DNA from: an uncultured Acidobacteriota bacterium
GTDB taxonomy: Bacteria > Acidobacteriota > Terriglobia > Acidiferrales > UBA7541
DNA: 64,000 nt
Assembly: GCA_963825365.1 (NCBI GenBank)
Contig: CAWGSV010000023.1
Coordinates: 16,800 to 80,799 of the forward strand
Direction: 5' to 3'
In this document: one piece after another, positions 18,234 through 27,668 of the stretch
Layout: each line of letters opens with the position of its first letter
Numbering within the stretch: position 1 is the first letter of the stretch
Made by a program: the position numbers and the translations under genes
The notes under the pieces: model-generated
What the model was told of the DNA's origin: nothing
Seen by the model: the letters and a program-made list of their open reading frames with translations, nothing else
The model's database searches: none

Positions 18234-18824
18234 CTATAGCCCCATCGCCCTCGCGGCCCACAATCCCAGCGCCGCATAAATTCCCGCAATCCAGTCGTCC
18301 GCCATGATTCCCCAGCCGCCGGGAAGCGATTCAGCCTGACGCGCGGGAAACGGCTTCCAAATATCGAAGACACGAAAAAGTATAAAGCCCAGCAATAAAT
18401 ATTTCCAGTTGGGCATCGCCGCGCCTATTGCCAGGTAAGAGATGAGTTGGCCTGAGACCTCGTCGATTACCACAATCTGTGGGTCCTTCTTTCCAAGATA
18501 GTTCGCAGTCCGGGATGCCACAACAACTCCGAGTCCGGAAATTAAAATGGCAAAAAGAAATGTGAGCCACTCTTCCGGAGGCACAAGGAAAACTGCGTTT
18601 GAGAAAAGGTCGAATGGTTTGTAGGGCAAGAATCCTGACCAAAAAAGCATGGTCAGCCCAACACCAGCGAGCGAGCCCCACGTGCCGGGCGCCTTCGGAA
18701 GATAGCCGAGGCCGAATGCAGTTGCGATTGCCAGAGAGACGCGCGGCTTCTTCCCGGTGGGTGCGGGCCAGGGCGCTGCGCTATTCATCTTCGTTTTCGG
18801 CGGGCTTGGACTTGGTTGGTTCAT
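18234..18824 (-). CDS. pgpA: phosphatidylglycerophosphatase A
   Basis: FGLGYLPKAPGTWGSLAG, DEVSGQL and FRVFDIWKPFPARQAE motifs. Alternative ATG at 18788 overlaps the yacG stop. Confidence 0.85.
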   Translation of the reverse strand: MNQPSPSPPKTKMNSAAPWPAPTGKKPRVSLAIATAFGLGYLPKAPGTWGSLAGVGLTMLFWSGFLPYKPFDLFSNAVFLVPPEEWLTFLFAILISGLGVVVASRTANYLGKKDPQIVVIDEVSGQLISYLAIGAAMPNWKYLLLGFILFRVFDIWKPFPARQAESLPGGWGIMADDWIAGIYAALGLWAARAMGL

Positions 18825-18996
18825 CCGCCATGAGTTCCTCGAGTTCGGATTCGTCCATCATGGGCGCGGCTACTTTGTATTTTCCCGTGGCCCAATTGCC
18901 CAGGTCGTGCTCGCGGCAGCGCTTGCTGCAGAAAGGGAACTCCTCGGTCGTTTCCGAGTCCGTGGGTTCCTTGCAAATGGGGCATTTCAGTTTCAT
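18781..18996 (-). CDS. yacG: DNA gyrase inhibitor YacG (zinc-ribbon)
   Basis: MKLKCPICKEPT...PFCSKRCREHDLGNW, a four-Cys zinc ribbon. Confidence 0.85.
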   Translation of the reverse strand: MKLKCPICKEPTDSETTEEFPFCSKRCREHDLGNWATGKYKVAAPMMDESELEELMADEPTKSKPAENEDE

Positions 18997-19026
18997 GACC
19001 GAATCTCGAATGTGAAATGGGTTTTG

Positions 19027-19098
19027 GTAGCACAGGCTTCAGCCTGTGGATTTTCGTTCTTGCAAGGCCGAAACCCCACAGGCTGAAGCCTGTGCTAC
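19027..19098. repeat. REPIN-like palindrome, subfamily A
   Basis: GTAGCACAGGCTTCAGCCTGTGG attttcgttCTTGCAAGgccgaaacc CCACAGGCTGAAGCCTGTGCTAC; arms perfectly complementary. Confidence 0.95.
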
Positions 19099-19103
19099 TA
19101 AAA

Positions 19104-20546
19104 TCAAGCCAAAATCCTCAACGCGGCGCCGGTCAATAGGCGCTGCACGGGCGCGACGGCCTGCGCTTGCGCTGCTGCCGGGCACGGAACATCCAGAATT
19201 TCCAGCACGCGGCCAACCATGTCGTACTCGTGCGTCTCGCTGATTTCCGCTGTGACCACGTCACCGGGTTGCGCGGAGATCGTCGAGCCCGCGACTTCGA
19301 TATCGTTCAGGTACAGCTTGCCGTCGATTTCGGGCGCCATGCCTTCGATGCGCGCTTCCCACACCAACGGCGTGTCCTTGGACGGCCCCTCGACGAGAGC
19401 TGTCACGCGGCGACCGCGAAACGCGCGCAGCTTGCGCGCGGAAATCTTTTGTTGAATGGCCATCAGGCGGCCCTGGCGGTCCTTGATGATGTCCTCGTCC
19501 ACTTTTTCGTCGAGAGCGAAGCTGGACGCATTATCCACGTCCGAATAGGGGAACACTCCCATCCAGTCAAATTCCGCGGCCCGCACGAAATCGCACAACT
19601 CGCGGAAATCCGCATCGGTTTCGCCCGGAAATCCGACGATGAAAGAAGTGCGCAGCGCAACGCCCGGAATCGTGGAGCGAATGCGTCCAAGCAATTGCAG
19701 GAAGGCGTCGCCATTCGATCCGCGCTTCATGCGCGCCAACACGTTGCGGCTGGCGTGCTGCAGCGGCATGTCCATGTATTTTGCAATGCGCGGGTGCGTG
19801 GCGATCGTGTCCAGCAATTTCTGCGTCACTCGATTCGGATAACAGTACAGTGAGCGTACCCATTGCAGGCCTTCGACGCCAGCCAGGCGCTCCAGCAGCA
19901 GCGCCAAGCCGTCGCGCAGGCCAAGGTCCTCGCCGTAGGAAGTGGTGTCCTGCCCAATGAGAGTCACTTCGCGAACGCCGGCCGCGGCGAAATTCTCCGC
20001 TTCGCGCACCACGGATTCAAAGCGCCGGCTGCGGAATTTTCCGCGCAGCTGCGGAATGATACAGAACGTGCAGGGATGGTCGCAGCCTTCGGCGATCTTG
20101 ATGTATGCGGCGTGCTTCGGCGTGGAAAGAATTCGCGGTGTAAGGTCATGATACAGGTAAGAGGGAAGCGCCGCCGCGCTCGCGGCATCGGAGCGCAGTT
20201 CCCCTTCGACGGCCGCCAGAATATTTTCGATCTCGCCCGTGCCCACCACCGCGTCGACCTCTGGAATCTGCTCAAAAATTTGATCGCGAAAGCGTTCCAC
20301 CAGGCATCCGGCCACGATCAGTTTTTTGGCCACGCCGAATTTCTTGTATTCGGCCATCTCCAGAATGGTGTCGATGGATTCCTTTTGCGCCGGCGCGATG
20401 AAGCTGCAGGTGTTGACCACCAGGACGTCCGCTTCCTCTGCGTTCGGCGTAAATTCATAGCCGCTTCGCGCAAGCACACCCATCATCACCTCGCTATCCA
20501 CGAGGTTTTTTGGGCATCCCAGGCTGATAAATCCGGCTTTAGGCAT
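19104..20546 (-). CDS. rimO: ribosomal protein S12 methylthiotransferase RimO
   Basis: MPKAGFISLGCPKNLVDSE, radical-SAM CDHPCTFC and a C-terminal TRAM domain. ATG 20546 is preferred over the ORF-track start 20591. Confidence 0.85.
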   Translation of the reverse strand: MPKAGFISLGCPKNLVDSEVMMGVLARSGYEFTPNAEEADVLVVNTCSFIAPAQKESIDTILEMAEYKKFGVAKKLIVAGCLVERFRDQIFEQIPEVDAVVGTGEIENILAAVEGELRSDAASAAALPSYLYHDLTPRILSTPKHAAYIKIAEGCDHPCTFCIIPQLRGKFRSRRFESVVREAENFAAAGVREVTLIGQDTTSYGEDLGLRDGLALLLERLAGVEGLQWVRSLYCYPNRVTQKLLDTIATHPRIAKYMDMPLQHASRNVLARMKRGSNGDAFLQLLGRIRSTIPGVALRTSFIVGFPGETDADFRELCDFVRAAEFDWMGVFPYSDVDNASSFALDEKVDEDIIKDRQGRLMAIQQKISARKLRAFRGRRVTALVEGPSKDTPLVWEARIEGMAPEIDGKLYLNDIEVAGSTISAQPGDVVTAEISETHEYDMVGRVLEILDVPCPAAAQAQAVAPVQRLLTGAALRILA

Positions 20547-20613
20547 AAGAATGCGTCTCGCAATGGCGGGACGGTCCGAACATTCTAACATGATGGGCAG
20601 CCTCGTGCCGTGG

Positions 20614-20688
20614 GTAGCACAGGCTTCAGCCTGTGGCTCTTAGGCTTTGCAAGGTCTAAAGGCCACAGGCTGAAGCCTGTGCTGCTAC
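20614..20688. repeat. REPIN-like palindrome, subfamily A
   Basis: GTAGCACAGGCTTCAGCCTGTGG ... CCACAGGCTGAAGCCTGTGCTGCTAC. The right terminus holds the TAG stop of the transglutaminase gene. Confidence 0.9.
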
Positions 20689-22976
20689 TTCTTGCGCGAG
20701 CGAAGGAATGTCTGGATGCGATCGATCAGCGTGGAGGCCTGCAGCGTGTCCGCGGGCTTTGCACCGTAACGGGCGGCTTGATAGAGGGAGGTCATTTCCA
20801 GCACGGGCGCAGCCAGATTTCCATCGGGAAGCGAAGAGGCAAATTCCATGGGGGTCTGCGTTTCCGTTTTGCGGATTCCGCCCCGCGCAAGCACGCGCAA
20901 CATTTCCAGGTATTGCAGCGTTGCAAGATGCGGGGTCATCTTGCGAACGGGCATGACACGTGTGCGCCACAGGAGCGCAAGTCGCAGGCGGATTTCTGGC
21001 CGCAAAATCAGCACGGCGATGACCAATGCGGCGAAGATGGAGAAGACTTGCGTTTGGCCGGAATAACTGCGGGCCACGCGTTCCTGCAAGAGTTTCAATT
21101 TCTCGGTGGCGCGGCGGCGCGCGTTTGCAAAATCGCTGCGAAGGCGCTCGGCCCAATCGCGCGAGAAGCGGCCCAGATTTTGCGCCACGGTGATCTGATG
21201 CACGAAATCGTAGTTGATGACCCACTCGCTCCACTGCAGCTGGAACCAGTCCCAGTAATGCGACATCTGCGAAAATAAGCCATGCGGCAATTCATCATTG
21301 GAAGGCGGTGTAGGGTCAAACGTAAGCCAGCCGAACCCCGGGAAATAGGCTTCCACCCAGCTATGCGCATCGCTGGCGCGCACCACAAGATCGCCCGCCA
21401 CATCGTTGTACTCGCCGGTTTGGAATCCGTTTACATATCGCGCCGGAATGCCCTGGGTGCGCAGCATGACGGTCATGGCGGCTGCAAAATATTCGCAATG
21501 CCCGGCGCGTTTTTGAAAAAGGAAATAAGCCAGCGGATCTCCCTGCGGCGGGCCGCTGAGGTCCAGCGTATAGCCGAAGTTGGAGCGCAGGTAGCCTTCG
21601 ATGGACCGCGCTTTATCATATGGGTTCTTGCCGTTCGATGTGACTTTCGCGGCGAGTGCGGGAATGCGCGAATCGAGCGTGGGCAATTGCAAATACATTT
21701 CGCGAATGGAGTCCGGATAATCCGACCCAGCCAGGCGCACGGCGGCGGGCAACGGATTCGGCAACATGGAGTTCGCTTCGTACTCTATGCGCGAATAGCT
21801 GTGAAAGGGACTGGAAACAGAGCCGGTAACATCCTGCAATAGAAAAGTGCGCCGCTGTCCAAACGGAGGCCTTCCACCGTCGTCCGTGAATTGCCCGCGC
21901 ACACTTTTGGCTTCATTTGCGAAGAACAGAGCGGTGCTGCCGATTGGCTCGAGAAGCACTTTGTAATGGATCGGTGTGCCCGTACTTTGTGCGTTGGGGG
22001 CTCCGTAATTCAGACGGAACCAGCCGGCATCCCCTGGAGACGTGAGCGTGGTGGGTTCATGAGCGTCGTTGTACCAGCGCTTGCCGTCGAACTTGGCCAG
22101 CGCCACGCCGCGCCAGTGCACACCCTGCGCCGCCCTCATGCCTCCGTCGACCGTAACTCGCATGACCACCGTGCTGTTCTTTTTGATCTCGCCGATTTCG
22201 CCTAGTTCCACATCGTCGCTGAAGCCCGAAATCATGGCAGGCTGCATGTTCAGCCCGGACATGTAGCCGCTGCTGAAGCGCGGCAGGATCAGAAAAATAA
22301 TGGCTCCCACCGTCAGCGAACCCAAGGCGATGCCCGTAGACGTTATGCCCAGGGCATTGTGCAGCCGCTCCGCGGCGGCTGAGCCTGTCTCCACGGGGCG
22401 CGTAACCGTGCCCTGCGCGCTGCGCCACATTTCCAGAGCCACGAACGTGGATACGGCGAGACCCAGAAAGACGAAGAAGAAGGCCAAAAAGACGGTGTCC
22501 ACGGTGAGGATTGCAGCGGCCAGCATGGACGAGAATCCCATCATGGTGAGGAACAGGTAATCCCGCGTGGTCGATGCGCTATACAGCCGCACGATGGTGG
22601 CAAACAGCATGAGATGAACGGTCGCAAGCAAGGCCGCGTAAAGGCTCGGATTTTGCGCGCCTACCGCCAGCATGCGCGAAATGACCCAAAGGTCGAACGG
22701 GAAAAATATAAAGTAGGAAACGGTCAGCCAGGTGGCCACGCGGTTGGAAAGTTCGGGCCCCTTCTCATGCCACCAGCGGTAGCCCTTGAACAGCATCGCG
22801 GCTGGAAGCGCCAGCGTGGTAACCATGTCCAGCTTTCCGGTGGAAACCAGGGTCAGCACGCCCGTTAGCAGCAGAAAATAAAGGGAAATTTCAAAATGTC
22901 GCCGGATGGCGGAGAGGCGCACCGGGAGTGGTTCAGCGGGAATGTGGCCTGCGGGGTCCATGGCGCCAAGCATCAT
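20685..22976 (-). CDS. transglutaminase-domain membrane protein (DUF3488/TgpA-like)
   Basis: N-terminal multi-TM region, core AGHCEYFAAAMTVMLRTQGIPARYVNGF...DAHSWVEAYF (Cys-His-Asp transglutaminase fold), and C-terminal TM plus DUF4129-like tail. ORF-track start 23135 reads through a repeat fragment; ATG 22976 is preferred. Confidence 0.8.
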   Translation of the reverse strand: MMLGAMDPAGHIPAEPLPVRLSAIRRHFEISLYFLLLTGVLTLVSTGKLDMVTTLALPAAMLFKGYRWWHEKGPELSNRVATWLTVSYFIFFPFDLWVISRMLAVGAQNPSLYAALLATVHLMLFATIVRLYSASTTRDYLFLTMMGFSSMLAAAILTVDTVFLAFFFVFLGLAVSTFVALEMWRSAQGTVTRPVETGSAAAERLHNALGITSTGIALGSLTVGAIIFLILPRFSSGYMSGLNMQPAMISGFSDDVELGEIGEIKKNSTVVMRVTVDGGMRAAQGVHWRGVALAKFDGKRWYNDAHEPTTLTSPGDAGWFRLNYGAPNAQSTGTPIHYKVLLEPIGSTALFFANEAKSVRGQFTDDGGRPPFGQRRTFLLQDVTGSVSSPFHSYSRIEYEANSMLPNPLPAAVRLAGSDYPDSIREMYLQLPTLDSRIPALAAKVTSNGKNPYDKARSIEGYLRSNFGYTLDLSGPPQGDPLAYFLFQKRAGHCEYFAAAMTVMLRTQGIPARYVNGFQTGEYNDVAGDLVVRASDAHSWVEAYFPGFGWLTFDPTPPSNDELPHGLFSQMSHYWDWFQLQWSEWVINYDFVHQITVAQNLGRFSRDWAERLRSDFANARRRATEKLKLLQERVARSYSGQTQVFSIFAALVIAVLILRPEIRLRLALLWRTRVMPVRKMTPHLATLQYLEMLRVLARGGIRKTETQTPMEFASSLPDGNLAAPVLEMTSLYQAARYGAKPADTLQASTLIDRIQTFLRSRKK

Positions 22977-23103
22977 TTTAGCATTCCAGGGGTCGCAGGG
23001 GTTGGCGTGAGGCGTATCGGGTAATGGCTGAAAGACGCAGCGGCGATGATTAGCTGAATTGTACGAGGTGCCTTCGTGCTCTGGAATGCCATTCAATAAG
23101 TTC

Positions 23104-23133
23104 AATCTTTGTAGGTCGCGGCTTAGCCGCGAC
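23104..23133. repeat. fragment of the MITE-like element core
   Basis: AATCTTTGTAGGTCGCGGCTTAGCCGCGAC matches the left internal part of 7341-7471 and 14217-14345. No TIRs. Confidence 0.7.
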
Positions 23134-23247
23134 ATTGCCGTGCTCTACGAAAGTTCGAGGACCAGTAGCCCATTAATGGGTCCATGTCAAAACAAATTCG
23201 CTGCGCTGTTCGTTTATGGGATGACTTTTAGGGACCCGCGCCGATGG

Positions 23248-24348
23248 CTAGACTGGTGGGCGAACATTCTCGATTGCCACGTCGAGTATCTTGCGCGTGG
23301 CGTTGGAAATGGACATCTGACAAACCTGGGCGAGGGGCACTATGCGCTCTCCCTTGGCGCGCGGCAATTGCTTCACGCGAATCAGGTAGGGTTGCAGGCG
23401 GATATTGCGGAAGGTTACCGTGTGGCGAGCGGTTGTCAGCGGCACTAGATTTTCTTTTGCCGCCACGCCGAATTTTTCGTGCAAGTGTTCGGCGAGAGCT
23501 GCACTGCTATCCATTCCGGTTGTTTCCAGCGCGGGAAATTGCCACATGTGCGAGAACAGATCGCCATCGCCGTCCGGTTGGCGCACCAGCAGGGTGCGTC
23601 CTCGCGGGTCGAGCAGCACGGCCGCTGCAATGGTGATCTTGACCGTTGCGCGTTTCTTGCGTGCTGTCGGAAGCGTTTCCTGAATGCCCAGCTTGCGGGC
23701 GCGGCACCATTTTTCGACGGGGCATTCCACGCAGCGTGGCGATTTGGGCGTACACACGGTTGCGCCCAGCTCCATCATGGCCTGGTTCCAGTCGCCCGGA
23801 GCGTTTCGGTCCAGCAAATCCTGCGCACTGCCTTCCAGCTTTCGCCATGTGGCGGGTGCACGCAAATCTCCGCGCACCGCGCCAATGCGGGCCAGCACGC
23901 GCGCCACGTTTCCATCGAGCACCGCGTGAGGCGCTTCATAGGCGATGCTCAACACCGCCGACGCTGTGTAGCGTCCAATTCCGGGAAGGGCCAGCGCCGC
24001 CTGGTATTCGCGGGGAAAATCGCCCGCGTGTTGCGTGACAATTTCCTTGGCCGCGCTCTGCAAATTTTTGGCGCGGCTGTAGTATCCGAGTCCCGCCCAA
24101 TTCGCCAGCACAAGATCGGATTCGGCGCCTGCCAGTGCCCGAACATCCGGGAATGTTTTCAGAAATCGCTCGTAATAGGGAATCACGGCCGCCACGCGAG
24201 TCTGCTGCAGCATGATTTCCGAGAGCCAGATGCGGTAAGGATCGCGCGTGCGCCGCCAGGGAAGATCGCGTTTGCGTTCGGCAAACCAGGAAAGCATGCG
24301 CGCCCTGAATTTTGGAATTTCTTTGGCGGAAATTTTAAGCATGCTCAC
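23248..24348 (-). CDS. mutY: A/G-specific adenine DNA glycosylase
   Basis: LPWRRTRDPYRIWLSEIMLQQTRV, a HhH-GPD region, FeS cluster CTPKSPRCVECPVEKWC and a NUDIX-like C-terminus. Confidence 0.9.
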   Translation of the reverse strand: MSMLKISAKEIPKFRARMLSWFAERKRDLPWRRTRDPYRIWLSEIMLQQTRVAAVIPYYERFLKTFPDVRALAGAESDLVLANWAGLGYYSRAKNLQSAAKEIVTQHAGDFPREYQAALALPGIGRYTASAVLSIAYEAPHAVLDGNVARVLARIGAVRGDLRAPATWRKLEGSAQDLLDRNAPGDWNQAMMELGATVCTPKSPRCVECPVEKWCRARKLGIQETLPTARKKRATVKITIAAAVLLDPRGRTLLVRQPDGDGDLFSHMWQFPALETTGMDSSAALAEHLHEKFGVAAKENLVPLTTARHTVTFRNIRLQPYLIRVKQLPRAKGERIVPLAQVCQMSISNATRKILDVAIENVRPPV

Positions 24349-24390
24349 CGCCGCGATTTTCGCACATCGGCGCGCCCAACGGAAAGTTCA

Positions 24391-24561
24391 GTAGCGCGGG
24401 CTTCAGCCTGCGAGGTTTGGTCCGCACAAGGACGTGCACTGTGGGATAAGTATCCTGCGGAAAAAATATTTAATTTTGTCATTCTGAGCGAAGCGAAGAA
24501 TCTCTCTTCGGTTTGCGCTCAAGAAAAGAAAGAGAGATTCTTCGCTTCGCTCAGAATGACA
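24391..24561. repeat. composite: single REP arm (subfamily B) plus GTCATTCTGAGCGAAGCGAAGAATCTCTC hairpin element (24474-24561)
   Basis: GTAGCGCGGGCTTCAGCCTGCGAGG, then ...CCTGCGGAAAAAATATTTAATTTTGTCATTCTGAGCGAAGCGAAGAATCTCTCTTC...AGAGAGATTCTTCGCTTCGCTCAGAATGACA. Confidence 0.85.
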
Positions 24562-24646
24562 GCAGGTTGTGGCTCTGATTCAGTTGAAAGGGAAGCGTGT
24601 GCTACTGCTATGCCAACATGCGTCGAAGAATTCTCAGAACTTAATT

Positions 24647-26053
24647 TTAGAGGGAAGAAGCAAAAAGAAAATAGGCGGATTCCCACAGCGGCATCGGAAT
24701 CGACCCGCGCGGATGGCTGGTCAGAACGATCTTGAAAATGTCCGGGGAATCGCTCAGCGTATCCAGAAAACTCTTGCCAGGCTCAGGTTTCAGCGGCGTA
24801 ACTCTGGCCAGATAACGCAGAATGTCGTAAATGACGTCCTCCGCGCTCATGCGAGGCGTGGCGAAACCGGCGGAGCGGAATTCAATCACGGAATTGATTT
24901 CGTAGAAGTGCCATGCCAGGCCGGCGCAAAGCGTAACGGCGCGCTCGAATTGTTCGATCGCCTTGGCATCCTTCGGATGTGTGTGGATGTAAGGGTCGAA
25001 CACGAGCATCACTCGGCGCTCGTCTTCGCGCGCAAATTCCTTTACCTGCAGGGAGCCCAACCTGGCGGAAGCTTTCCAGTCGACGTGCCGCGCGCTGTCA
25101 TTGGATTGGTAATCTCGTATGGCATACAGATCGTTGCCGCGCCCGCGCTGGTAACTCTCCAGTTCGCCGCTCACCAGCGGCAGGACTTCGTAAAATTGTT
25201 CCGTGGGTTCGATTTGTGGATACACAACCACTTCGATTTTGGAGTTCACGCGGCGCGTCTTTTGCAAGAAGCCGAAGGGAAATTTAGTGCGCAATCCCAG
25301 CGCATCCTGGCGATAGATTCCTCGCCGCGGAAAAGTCAGCTCGACGCTTTGCCGAATCGTCTGCCGGTGGGGAATATATGGAAAATAAACAGGGCAGTCC
25401 AGAATTTGCGGTGCGGGGCTGGCAGGCGCATTTTTTTTGGTTTGTTGTGCTTTTTCGCTGACCAGCGAAATGGAAAAAGAAGGCATCATCTGTTTCTTGT
25501 TATGAACTTCAGCCACGGCCATGATGGTGCGTTGGGCGAAAACATGCTCGGGCAGTTCCAAATGCACATCAATGCCGCCGAGCACGGCGAGCGAAAGAAA
25601 TCCGGATACCGCAAGCCCACCTATGAGGCACGCGAGAACCATGAACAACAAATTGTTTCCCGTGTTAAGCGCCGCGAGTGCCACCACCAAAATGCCTCCG
25701 AGAAACACCTTGCCTTCCCGCGTCAACTTCCATTCCAACTTGTAGCTGAGCCAGCCGAGCGAGGTGCGCCGCGCCATGGCAGGCACAACGGTCAACCCTA
25801 CCCAGGCAGCCAGCACCAGTGCCGAAAGGGCGGAGGTTGCGGCGATAAAAAGGTGGCCTTCCTCGGCCGCCGCACCCGAATAGAGCGCCAGAAACAGCGC
25901 CCCGGCAAGCGCGCCCATGGCGATGCCAAAGCTGCGCCAACTCGGACGGTCCAGAGTTTCCCGCAGGCGGCCCCACTGGGCCGCACGCGACACTCCCACC
26001 ACTTTGCGTAAAAGCGGCGGGCCAACGCGGCGCTCGACAAATTCGGGGCTCAT
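24647..26053 (-). CDS. DUF58 domain protein with N-terminal TM segments
   Basis: DYQSNDSARHVDWKASARLGSLQVKEFARE is the DUF58 hallmark. ATG overlaps the moxR stop. Confidence 0.8.
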   Translation of the reverse strand: MSPEFVERRVGPPLLRKVVGVSRAAQWGRLRETLDRPSWRSFGIAMGALAGALFLALYSGAAAEEGHLFIAATSALSALVLAAWVGLTVVPAMARRTSLGWLSYKLEWKLTREGKVFLGGILVVALAALNTGNNLLFMVLACLIGGLAVSGFLSLAVLGGIDVHLELPEHVFAQRTIMAVAEVHNKKQMMPSFSISLVSEKAQQTKKNAPASPAPQILDCPVYFPYIPHRQTIRQSVELTFPRRGIYRQDALGLRTKFPFGFLQKTRRVNSKIEVVVYPQIEPTEQFYEVLPLVSGELESYQRGRGNDLYAIRDYQSNDSARHVDWKASARLGSLQVKEFAREDERRVMLVFDPYIHTHPKDAKAIEQFERAVTLCAGLAWHFYEINSVIEFRSAGFATPRMSAEDVIYDILRYLARVTPLKPEPGKSFLDTLSDSPDIFKIVLTSHPRGSIPMPLWESAYFLFASSL

Positions 26054-27003
26054 CAGAGAGGGACGGGCGTAGTTTCCATGATTTCGCGCAGAACCATTTC
26101 GGCTTGCGTCGATTTCTTTTGCGTCGCGGCGTAGCGCGAATTGACCACCACGCGGTGCGCGAAGACCGGCAGCACCAATTGCTTGAAATCGTCCGGCGTG
26201 CAGAAGTCACGGGCTTCCAGAAAGGCTCGCGCCTGCGCCGCGCGCTGCAGCATCAGCAAGCCGCGAGGGCTTACGCCCAGCGTGAGCTGTTCGGAATTTC
26301 TGGTGCGTTCGGCGATGTCCATTGCGTAGTCGCGCAGGCTATCGTCCACGCGCACTTTTTCCACGGCGCGCTGCATCACTTCGACTTCCCCGGCTTCCAT
26401 GACCGGCCTGACTTCGGCGGCCGCGTTACGCCCGCTGGAATGCTGCTGCATGATTTCGCGCTCGCTGTCGCGAGAGGGATATCCCATGCCGATGCGAAGG
26501 ATGAAGCGGTCCAACTGCGATTCCGGCAATGGATACGTTCCGTGGTGTTCCACAGGATTTTGCGTGGCCAGCACCATGAAGGGCTGCGGAAGTTTGTGTG
26601 TGTGATTGTCCACGGTGATCTGCGCTTCGTTCATGGCTTCCAGCAGCGCCGATTGCGTCTTCGGCGTGGTGCGATTGATTTCATCCGCAAGGATAATGTT
26701 GGCGAAGATCGGGCCAGGCTTGAAATCGAATCGCTGCTCGATCTGATTGAACACGCTGGTGCCCACCACGTCCGACGGCAAGAGGTCCGAAGTGAATTGG
26801 ATGCGCTGGAACGAGCAGTGAAAGGAATTGGCGATGGCCTGCGCCAGGGTGGTCTTGCCGACTCCAGGCACATCCTCGATCAGCAAATGGCCCTTGGCCA
26901 GCAGGGCAACCAGCGAAAGGCGGATTACTTCGTCCTTGCCGCGAATCACGCGAGCGATGGACGCCTGTAGCTGTGTAAGCAGATTCGAGGTTGCCGTGGT
27001 CAT
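26053..27003 (-). CDS. MoxR-family AAA+ ATPase
   Basis: GHLLIEDVPGVGKTTLA Walker A, ILADEINR Walker B, and MoxR-typical length of 316 aa. Confidence 0.9.
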   Translation of the reverse strand: MTTATSNLLTQLQASIARVIRGKDEVIRLSLVALLAKGHLLIEDVPGVGKTTLAQAIANSFHCSFQRIQFTSDLLPSDVVGTSVFNQIEQRFDFKPGPIFANIILADEINRTTPKTQSALLEAMNEAQITVDNHTHKLPQPFMVLATQNPVEHHGTYPLPESQLDRFILRIGMGYPSRDSEREIMQQHSSGRNAAAEVRPVMEAGEVEVMQRAVEKVRVDDSLRDYAMDIAERTRNSEQLTLGVSPRGLLMLQRAAQARAFLEARDFCTPDDFKQLVLPVFAHRVVVNSRYAATQKKSTQAEMVLREIMETTPVPL

Positions 27004-27051
27004 GTGGTTGAAAATCCCTATGGCTTCTGCTACAAACGAAGCTTGTTTTAC

Positions 27052-27127
27052 GGGCGATTAGCTCAGTGGTTAGAGCGCTCGCTTCACACGCGAGAGGTCC
27101 AAGGTTCAAGTCCTTGATCGCCCACCA
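27052..27127 (+). tRNA. tRNA-Val (anticodon CAC)
   Basis: Manual cloverleaf: acceptor GGGCGAT/ATCGCCC, D-arm GCTC..GAGC, anticodon stem CTCGC/GCGAG with loop TTCACAC, T-arm CAAGG TTCAAGT CCTTG, encoded CCA. Confidence 0.9.
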
Positions 27128-27668
27128 CTTCCCAAGCACTACTATGTTGCCACCTTTTTAAGAAAACCCTTAGCATTTGCCGCGAGGTCTGTGCTCAAAA
27201 AGTTTTGAAGTGGAATAGGTTTCAGCCTGTGCTCTTTTGGTCTTGCAAAAACCAAACCACACAGCCGAAAACGGTAGTTTCTCAGTTTGAAATCGCTAGC
27301 ATTGGCAGGCTATCGCGAGATATGGCAGGATGTGGACATGAAGCCGCGCAGACCCGCAGTGAAGGATTCGACGCAAAATCTCCGTAGCGAAGGCGCAAAA
27401 CGCAGATCAGCACAGGTGGCTGCAAGAGCAGCGGCAAGGCTGGGGCGAAGAAGCGCAAACTAGAAGCCGAATCATCTTCTGAGAGTGTAAACCCATACGT
27501 TGCGCCGAAACTGTGAATATGCCAAAGCGGGACCAAGTTTGGAGCTTAGATGAAATCGTTCTTCTTGCAAACTGAAACACTGCCCGAAAGCCGCGCAGTC
27601 TGAATGCTTTTGCCACATTGTGATACTCTCACCGGTACCCGTTCCAGACGCGTGAAGAGGAGCCTAAA

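Noticed and set aside
20610-21278. ORFs translated through REPINs (for example MGSTGFSLWLLGFARSKGHRLKPVLL, and similar at 47113-47382, 52610-53008, 256-741 and 18757-19086)
   Set aside because: The N-terminal peptide is simply the translation of the repeat consensus, and the same peptide recurs wherever the repeat occurs. The remainder overlaps real genes on the other strand.
24569-26011. 480-aa plus-strand ORF opposite the DUF58 gene (similar shadows at 15720-16655, 17149-18105, 11697-12782, 3104-4153, 9504-10433 and 26104-26970)
   Set aside because: Low-complexity Arg/Gly/His-rich translations lie antisense to genes with clear conserved motifs, and they have no SD or domain signal. They are high-GC shadow ORFs.
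27337-27459. Small basic ORF (MKPRRPAVKDSTQNLRSEGAKRRSAQVAARAAARLGRRSAN) downstream of tRNA-Val as a possible gene
   Set aside because: No SD, low-complexity Arg/Ala composition, no recognisable family. It cannot be supported from sequence alone.
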